This document shows positions 30,646-37,818 of a DNA stretch of 64,000 nucleotides, piece by piece. The notes beneath the pieces are model-generated. The model had not been told where the DNA came from, ran no database searches, and was given only the letters and a program-made list of their open reading frames with translations. Where the stretch lies: positions 1-64,000 of the forward strand of contig JAWLHB010000041.1 in the NCBI GenBank assembly GCA_041690595.1, written 5' to 3'. Made by a program: the position numbers and the translations under genes. This DNA comes from Lentisphaeria bacterium. GTDB lineage: Bacteria > Verrucomicrobiota > Lentisphaeria > JABSQK01 > JAWLHB01. How positions within the stretch are numbered: the stretch's first letter is position 1; the number at the start of each line of letters is the position of its first letter.

Positions 30646-31758
30646 TCAATGAGGTATTGATTTTTCACATGGCAATTCGGTTGACATCTGGGGCTGCCGA
30701 AATGGGGCGGTCGAGGCGCGACAGATGAGCCGCATCGGCAGGTTGAGATGGAGCGACTCCAGCTTCTCATCGCCCATCAGTCGCTCCAGCATCGCGAAGG
30801 CAGCGCTGCCCCGCCTGGCGGCATCGTAGCTCATGGTCGTCAACGGCGTTTCCAGGCATTCCCCCATGGGATCGTCGTCAAAACCAAGAATCGAAATATC
30901 GTCCGCAATCTGTCTGCCCAACGCGCGGGCGGCTCGCATCGCACCCACGGCCATCACGTCGTTCAGCGCGCAGAACGCCGAGATCTCGTCGTCGGCCTCC
31001 AACAGGCGTCGCATGGCGATTGCGCCGGCGTCGATCTGCTCATGCATGGTGAAGGGATCCGCCACGGCAACCGTCTGTGGGCGCAGCCCGTGGCGCTTGC
31101 AGCCGTCCTCAAAGCCGGCCATCTTCGCACTGGCCGACCGCGTTGCCCTCTTCACCGTCAGATAACCAATGCGTCGATGCCCAAGCTCAACCAGATGTTC
31201 GATCGCCATCCGCCCACCTTGTCGGTAATCCACCGTCACGGAAGGAAAATCATAGTCGGGTACATGACCAATGGCGACAATCGGCGGACCACTCGCGGCT
31301 ACATAATCCAACTCCGGCAGCCGTCCGCAGTCGTAGCCCGCGACAAAAAGCAGGCCATCTACGCGTCGGCTGATGAAGTCGCGCAGCAGCGAATCGACCT
31401 TGGCCGGATCGTTGTGGCTGTAGCCGATGAAGAGATGATAGCCGGCCTTCCAGGCGGCTGCTTCTACCTCTTCCACGCAGATCGCCGTCTGGTGGACAAA
31501 GAGGCTCGGAACAATCAGCCCCACGGTCCGGGTGCTCAGGTTACGCACACCACGGTAGAGAAGGTTCGGATGATAGCCAAGCTCCTGCGCGACCTCATGC
31601 ACCCGCTGTCGCACGGGTTCCCCCGCATAGCAGGAAGGATGATCATTGAGAATGCCCGAGACCGTCGAAATGGCCACATCAGCTTCACGCGCTATATCCC
31701 GCAACGTCACCCGCCCTGACTTGCGCCGGCCTGAATCATTCTCTATGTAATGTTTCAT
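30646..31758 (-). CDS. LacI-family transcriptional regulator
   Basis: VTLRDIAREADVAISTVS HTH, LGYHPN, LGHRRIG, DISILGFDD; start codon uncertain. Confidence 0.95.
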   Translation of the reverse strand: MKHYIENDSGRRKSGRVTLRDIAREADVAISTVSGILNDHPSCYAGEPVRQRVHEVAQELGYHPNLLYRGVRNLSTRTVGLIVPSLFVHQTAICVEEVEAAAWKAGYHLFIGYSHNDPAKVDSLLRDFISRRVDGLLFVAGYDCGRLPELDYVAASGPPIVAIGHVPDYDFPSVTVDYRQGGRMAIEHLVELGHRRIGYLTVKRATRSASAKMAGFEDGCKRHGLRPQTVAVADPFTMHEQIDAGAIAMRRLLEADDEISAFCALNDVMAVGAMRAARALGRQIADDISILGFDDDPMGECLETPLTTMSYDAARRGSAAFAMLERLMGDEKLESLHLNLPMRLICRASTAPFRQPQMSTELPCEKSIPH

Positions 31759-31795
31759 ACTTTATGATTTTAGCAACTTTTCAGTGAATAGTCAA
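31744..31795 (-). promoter_or_regulatory. Sigma70 promoter and LacI-type operator of the operon
   Basis: TTGACT (31795-31790), 17 bp, TAAAAT (31772-31767); imperfect palindrome TATGAAACATTACATA at 31744-31759. Confidence 0.7.
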
Positions 31796-31844
31796 GTGAC
31801 AAGTTCTGAAAAAAAGAAAGCCCACTTTTCCCTGGGAGCTTCGC

Positions 31845-32330
31845 CCCACCACCCACCCTTCGCCCGCAAACCCTGGGCACGCCACTCGCCTTACGGGCGG
31901 TACGTCCGTCCATCGACGGACACCACTTGCGCCTCGCCCAAAAACCTCGGTCGGAAAACCTCGGTCCAAAGGTCGGTCCAAAGTGCATCCTCCCCGCGCA
32001 CGGCATACCCCCACCACCCTTCGCCCGCAAACCCTGGGCACGCCACTCGCCTGAGTGGCACCTCTTGCGCGTCGCCCAAGAACCTCGGTCCGAAAACCTC
32101 GGTCGAAAGGTCGGTCCAAAGCGCATCCTCCCTGGGCACGCCACTCGCCTGAAGAGCGGTACGTCCGTCCACCGACGGGCACCTCTTGCGCGCAACTTGA
32201 AAACCTCGGTTGGAAAAACCTCGGTCGAAAGGTCGGTCCAAAGTGCCACTTCCGCACGCACCAATACCTCTTGCGCCTCCCTGGGCACGCCACTCGCCGA
32301 GTGGCACCTCGTGCGCCTCGCCCACCACCA
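31845..32330. repeat. Mosaic intergenic repeat region of REP-like hairpins and AACCTCGGTC/GGTCGGTCCAAAG modules
   Basis: CCCTGGGCACGCCACTCGCC x4; AACCTCGGT...AAAGGTCGGTCCAAAG x3. Confidence 0.9.
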
Positions 32331-32455
32331 ACCTCCCGACCTACCACCAAACCCCGCTCCATCATCACACACCTCCCCATCCTCCGTCAAGAAAAACACC
32401 CCCACGCTTTCTCCCCGCGAAACTCCACCATACCATATTACTCATAACTCAAAAG

Positions 32456-35437
32456 TCAAGCCGAGTCAACTTGATTTCCCGGCGCGAAGCCCCGACGAAG
32501 CGTGTTCTCGCTGATCGCCCGCGAAACGCAGAAGTTGCGCACATAGCCGGGGCCACCCGCCTTCGTGCCGAGTCCGCTCATGCCGAAGCCCCCAAAGGGC
32601 TGACGGTGCACCAGCGCTCCCGTGCAGCCGCGATTCAGATAGAGATTGCCGACTCGGAACTCCCGACGCGCCTGCTCCAGATGAGACGGCAGCCGGCTGT
32701 AAACCCCTCCCGTCAGCGCGTACTCCGTCCCATTCGCCACGACAAGCGCCTCCTCGAAGGTAGCCACCCGCATGACCGTCAGAATCGGGCCGAATAGCTC
32801 CGTCTGCATCAGGGGATGGTTGGCATCCGTCACCTCGAATAGTACCGGAGCGACGAAACGTCCGCCTCGCGGTGTTGTCTTGCCGGCGTAGAGAGGCATG
32901 GCCCCCGGCCCGGGGGCTCGGCACCACCGGTCGAGTCGCTCCACGGCGGCGTCATCGATCACCGGCGGCAGCTGACACCCCGGATCGAGCGCGGAAACGA
33001 TAGTCAGATCGCCCATGGCGTCGATGAGCCGATCGAGGCAGGGCACGGCGGCCGAACCGACCAGAATGAGCCGGGAGCAGGCGGAGCACTTCTGGCCCGC
33101 ATACCCAAAGGCACTGCCAAGAACCCCGGCAATCGCTTCGTCCAGATCGGCATCGGCATCGATGATGATGGCATTCTTGCCCCCCATCTCGCAGATGACC
33201 TCCTTCATCTGCGGTTGTCCCGGCCGGCGAATGGCCGCGGCACTCATGATCTCCAGTCCCACATCCCGACTGCCGGTAAAGGCGATGCAGGCCACCAGTG
33301 GATGCCCCACAAGCGCCCGACCCGCCACCTCGCCACTGCCCGGCAGCAGGTGGACGACCTCGGATGGGACTCCCGCGGCCATCAGGTGTCGGTAGAGGTC
33401 GAGAGCAACGGCGCTGGACTGCTCCGCTGGCTTCATCAGCACCGGATTGCCGGCGACGAGCGCGGCGGCAGTCATCCCCGTAAGAATGGCCAGCGGAAAA
33501 TTCCATGGCGCGATGACGGCCGTCGGCCCGCGACCTTCCCACCAGACGCTGTTTGCCTCCCCCGCGAGCTGACCCGGATGCCGGGGCGCCAGCTCTTCCC
33601 GCCCCCGCCAGCCATAGTAGCGGCAGAAATCGATCGCCTCGGCGACATCGGCATCGGCCTCTTGCCACGGCTTGCCCACCTACCACACCTGCAGCGCCGC
33701 CAGCCTCTCCCGATCCCATTCCAGCCGATCCGCGACGCGCTCCAGAAGGATCGCCCGCTCGTCCGGCGTGCGCGCGCGCCAGCTCGGCCAGCCTTCCCAG
33801 GCAACCTGAACTGCCCTGTCGACGTCCTCTCGCGTGGCGTCGCAAAAGCTGGTGACCTGCACCCCCGTATCGTTCGGCGACATCCACGCGAGCCTCTCCC
33901 GCTCGGTATGTTCCACGCCACCGATGATCACCGGGACCACCACCGGAAAGCAGCGCGTTGCCGACGTTGTTGCCACCGCTTCGGCGAATGCCGTGCGCTG
34001 AGCTTCCACCGTGAAGTCCCGCCATGGGCAGTTGACGAAGGCCGGCACAGCCCCCGCCTCAGCCTCGTCCGGCGCCACCTCGCGTGGTGGCGCAAGAAGC
34101 TCACCGATCTCCCTTTCGTCATGCAGCGCGAGGCGCAGAAACCCCTGATTGGAGGTGTTCTCCAGAAGGCGGCGCACCAGGTAGGCCATCCCGGGCAGAA
34201 GCTCCCCGATCGGGCAATAAACCCGCACCCGATGGCCCCGCTCCCGCAGTACCCGGCGTTCGGCCTCCGCCATGCCGAAAAGCATCTGCAACTCCAGCGC
34301 GCCCGGAGGGACATCCAGCTCGTCGGCGACCACGAGCGCATGGGCGAGGGAACGCAGATTGTGACTGCCGAATGCCGGCCGCAGCCACTTGTGGTTCTCC
34401 AGCAGCCGCCGGCTGAGATGCTCGTAGTTGCTGTCTGTCTGGGCCTTCCGAGCGAAGACTGGCGCCGGCCAGCCGCGCAGCCTGGCGGAAAGCGTCTCGT
34501 AGTCCCAGTACGCCCCCTTGACCAGCCGAACCGTCAGCGGAGTCCCACGTTTACGAGCCAGGTCGAGAAGGTCATTCAGCCGACTGTCGGCATCGCGCAG
34601 GTACGCTTGGACGACGATCCCAAGGTGTGGCCACCCCGCCAACTCCGGGTGGCGCGCCAGACGCTCGAACGCCGCATACGTCATGCCGCCAAGTGACGTC
34701 TGTTCGAGGTCGACATTGATGAAGACGCCAGCGTCGCGCGCATGCGCCATCAGCGGCAGCATGCGCTCCACCAGACGGTTCACGCTCCCCGAAAAGTCCA
34801 CCGCATCCAGATGGGGATCCATCGCGGAAAACTTCACGGAGACATTGACCCTCGGCAGCCGCCCCCGGTCATCGCGATCCAGCACGACATCCTCCGGCCA
34901 GGCCGGCACCGCCGCGGCCAGCGTATCGATCAGCTCCACATACCGTTCCCGGAAAATCTCGCTTTCACGTCGGCTGACGACCGCTTCCCCCAGCAGATCC
35001 ACCGTGAAGCCGATGCCATGCGTGTGCAGCGTGCGCAGCGCCGGAAGTGCTTCCGCGGCATCATGACCGACGATGAAGCGTTCCGCCATTCGCGTCGCAT
35101 TGCGGCGAATGAGCCTCGCGAGAAGGGGCGCGGCCAACCCCCGCGACGCTGCTTTCAACGCAATCGTGAGCGCTTTGGGCAGCTCGCGATCGTGCGTGCC
35201 CAGATACTCCCGGATGTGATCCGAAACCGCGGCCGTATCCCGCAGTGTCGGCAGCACATCGACAAAGCGGAACATGTCCACCTTCAACCCTTCATCCTCC
35301 ATCACCCGGCCAAGCAGCTGATTCTCCCACCACTCCCGGTTGAAGAGAGAGGGACGCTCACTCTGCATCTCCTCCCACAGCTCGTTGCCGAGCCGGCCGA
35401 TACGCACATCAGTTTCCCTCGGGTCATAGGAACGCAT
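32456..35437 (-). pseudogene. putA: Bifunctional proline dehydrogenase/P5C dehydrogenase interrupted by an in-frame TAG at 33680-33682
   Basis: PRODH motifs DLLGE, VRLVKGAYW, YLVRRLLEN; ALDH motifs PWNFP, FTGS, EMGGKN, GQKCSACSR, ELFGP; both ORFs are in the same frame, reading LQVW*VGKPW. Confidence 0.9.
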
Positions 35438-35490
35438 CGCTTAACCTCACCCTTTACCATAGACGCATCGCCTCGATGCGCGCAAGGCCG

Positions 35491-36261
35491 GTTCCGCCGC
35501 GCCTACTACTGCGCGGCGGAACTCTTTCGGCAATAGCGCCTCAACCCAGGGACAGGTACTTCTCGGCTCTACTGCGCGGCGGAACTCTTTCGGCAATAGG
35601 NNNNNNNNNNNNNNNNNNNNNNNNNNNNNNNNNNNNNNNNNNNNNNNNNNNNNNNNNNNNNNNNNNNNNNNNNNNNNNNNNNNNNNNNNNNNNNNNNNNN
35701 GCCTCAACCCGGGGACAGGGGCCTCAACCCGGGGACAGGGGCCTCAACCCGGGGACAGGGGCCTCAACCCGGGGACAGGGGCCTCAACCCGGGGACAGGG
35801 GCCTCAACCCGGGGACAGGTACTTCTCGCCTCGGTCTCCCCTCCATTGGCGTAGCTGGCAGAACCCGTCCAGGCACCATCCATGGGCAGGCAACCCGGGG
35901 ACAGGCAGGCAACCCGGGGACAGTCAACCCAGGGCAACCCAGGGACAGGTACTTCTCGCCTCTACTGCGTGGCGCAACCCGGGGACAGGCGCAGGCAACC
36001 CAGGGACAGGTACTTCTCGCCTCTACTGCGCGGCGGAACTCTTTCGGCAATAGCGCCTCAACCCGGGGGACAGGCAACCCGGGGACAGGGGCAACTCGGC
36101 TCGATCCCCCCTCAATTGGCAGGCAACCCGGGGACAGGCAACCCGGGGACAGGTACTTTTCACCTCGGTCTCCCCCCCATTGGCGTAGCTGGCAGAACCC
36201 GTCCAGGCACCATCCATGGGCAGTGCCTGCTCATCCTGGGAACGCCACTCGCCTGAGTGGC
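35491..36261 (+). repeat. Left repeat array of the RAYT element: ~16 CAACCC(G/A)GGGACAG cores, including 6 x 20-bp tandem units at 35701-35820, interleaved with 31-bp and 61-bp duplicated modules
   Basis: Directly visible; interrupted by the N gap. Confidence 0.9.
35601..35700. other. Assembly gap (100 N)
   Basis: Run of N inside the tandem array. Confidence 1.
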
Positions 36262-36453
36262 ACCCGCGGTGACCTGGCAACGCAGTGGTAACTTCCGTCC
36301 CCAGACCAATCAAGCGACCTGCATCCCCGGAAGTCGCGCAATAATGCTCGCGCCCTCAATCGGTGCAGATGGTAGAAGGCGGCCAAGCGCCGTCCCCCTC
36401 CCCTCCACGGAACATCCGCCACCCCGAGGGGCCACTGCGATGCACGCAACAAC

Positions 36454-36506
36454 TCAGACCCGTCCGACCACGTCCGACCTGTCAGACTTTGTCTGACTCG
36501 TCCAAC
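36454..36506. repeat. Degenerate 9-10-bp periodic GTCNGAC repeat
   Basis: GTCCGAC, GTCCGAC, GTCAGAC, GTCTGAC, GTCCAAC in series. Confidence 0.75.
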
Positions 36507-36552
36507 CTGCCTGAGCTGTTCTGAGCTGAAGACCAGTGCCGGCTGAAACCCG

Positions 36553-37494
36553 TCAATCCTGGCGTAGCCTGCGAAAGCTGTAGAGCAGCTCGCCGGAATC
36601 GGGCAGGCGCCCGCTTCCGAGGCGTTTCTTCTTGACGGCATCGCTGCCGTAGGCGGCACCAGCCACTTCGTGGACGAATTGGCGATCGCCGATGATCGCA
36701 CCATCGCTCCAGCAACGATTGCGGCGATCGGCGCGCAGGATCGGGGGCGGGCGCTTATTCCCGCGCTCGCAGGCGGTTTGCATCGCTTCGACATCGGCGT
36801 CGGCAGCCATGGTGCGGGCGAGGTCGGCGCGCAGCTCAGACTGAAGCCGCTTGGCATCCCAGCCATCGGCGCGATGGCCGAGGCTGCGGCAAACGTGGGT
36901 CATGAAGTTGGATTCGAAGGGATGTCGACCACTTTCATGCCAATGCCCCCAGTCGCTGAAGCGATAGTCGGCAGGATCGTTGACCATCTTCGCGCGCACG
37001 GGGTTGAGGATGATGTACTTGATGGCGTTCCACAGGGCCATGCCGCGTTGGAGGATGACGCTCTTGAACCTGCCGGCCCACAGCGCGCCGCGGCGCCGGA
37101 TGGGGCGGCTCTTGTTGAACCAGACCGTGAAACGCTGCTGCAGATCGTGCATGAAGTGACTGATGTCATTGAGGCGCGGCGCCAGTTCGGCGGCGATGGG
37201 CGAGTCGGCGGTGATGGGGTGCCTGTCCTTGTAGAATTTGTTGTAGCGGCGGGCGGTCTCTTTCCGGCTCGGAGGTTCGCCTGGAACAAACAGTGTGAGG
37301 TGAAAATGATTGCACATGACGCATAGGCTTACGAGCTGAAGCGAATACAGCGTGCTCAAGGAATGCACCTGATTCTCGAACTTCTGTTTCTCAATCTTAC
37401 CAAAGGGCCGGTCCTTATCGCTACCCGCCGTTCGATTTGTCAGATGATAGTAGCAGCCGCCGCCTTTGTGCTTCATCCGCGCTGTTCGCATCAT
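36553..37494 (-). mobile_element. REP-associated tyrosine transposase (HUH/Y1, IS200-superfamily, RAYT/TnpA-REP-like)
   Basis: YYHLTNR, CVMCNHFHL (HUH), GALWAGRFKS, YIILNPVRA.MV.DP.DYRFS; no tnpB; start MMRTAR after AAAGGGGG. Confidence 0.9.
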
Positions 37495-37641
37495 TAACCC
37501 CCTTTGTTGCAAGTCTGAACATAAGAGTGCCGAGGAAACCATCGTTGTCAAGCGATTACCGCAAAAATCGGTAATTAATGTCGTAACCATGTCGATACTG
37601 GCGCATGAGCCACCTCAAAGGCCGTCTGTGTCCCACCGACA

Positions 37642-37801
37642 GGCTGAGGGAATGTACCTGTCCCCGGGCTGAGGGAATGTACCTGTCCCCGGGCTGAGGG
37701 AATGTACCTGTCCCCGGGCTGAGGGAATGTACCTGTCCCCGGGCTGAGGGAACGTACCTGTCCCCGGGCTGAGCGAACGTACCTGTCCCCAGGCTGAGGG
37801 A
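37642..37801 (-). repeat. Right repeat array: 6 full + 1 partial 25-bp tandem units GGCTGAGGGAATGTACCTGTCCCCG
   Basis: The reverse complement CCTCAGCCCGGGGACAGGTAC matches the left-array core in opposite orientation. Confidence 0.95.
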
Positions 37802-37818
37802 CTTCCGCCGCGCCGCGC

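Noticed and set aside
31770..32514. Several 120-210-aa ORFs in the repeat mosaic
   Set aside because: Repetitive translations occur in multiple frames and DNA-level hairpins explain the pattern
33680..33682. Genome-wide TAG reassignment or pyrrolysine
   Set aside because: TAG acts as a true stop in other genes here, no pyl machinery is in the window, and the expected residue is Glu
36553..37494. IS200/IS605 element with tnpB or an omega-RNA
   Set aside because: There is no RuvC/zinc-finger ORF adjacent; the length and NPVRA motif fit RAYT-like proteins
35701..37801. Tandem arrays as CRISPR
   Set aside because: Units are head-to-tail or separated by repeated modules; there are no unique constant-length spacers and no cas genes
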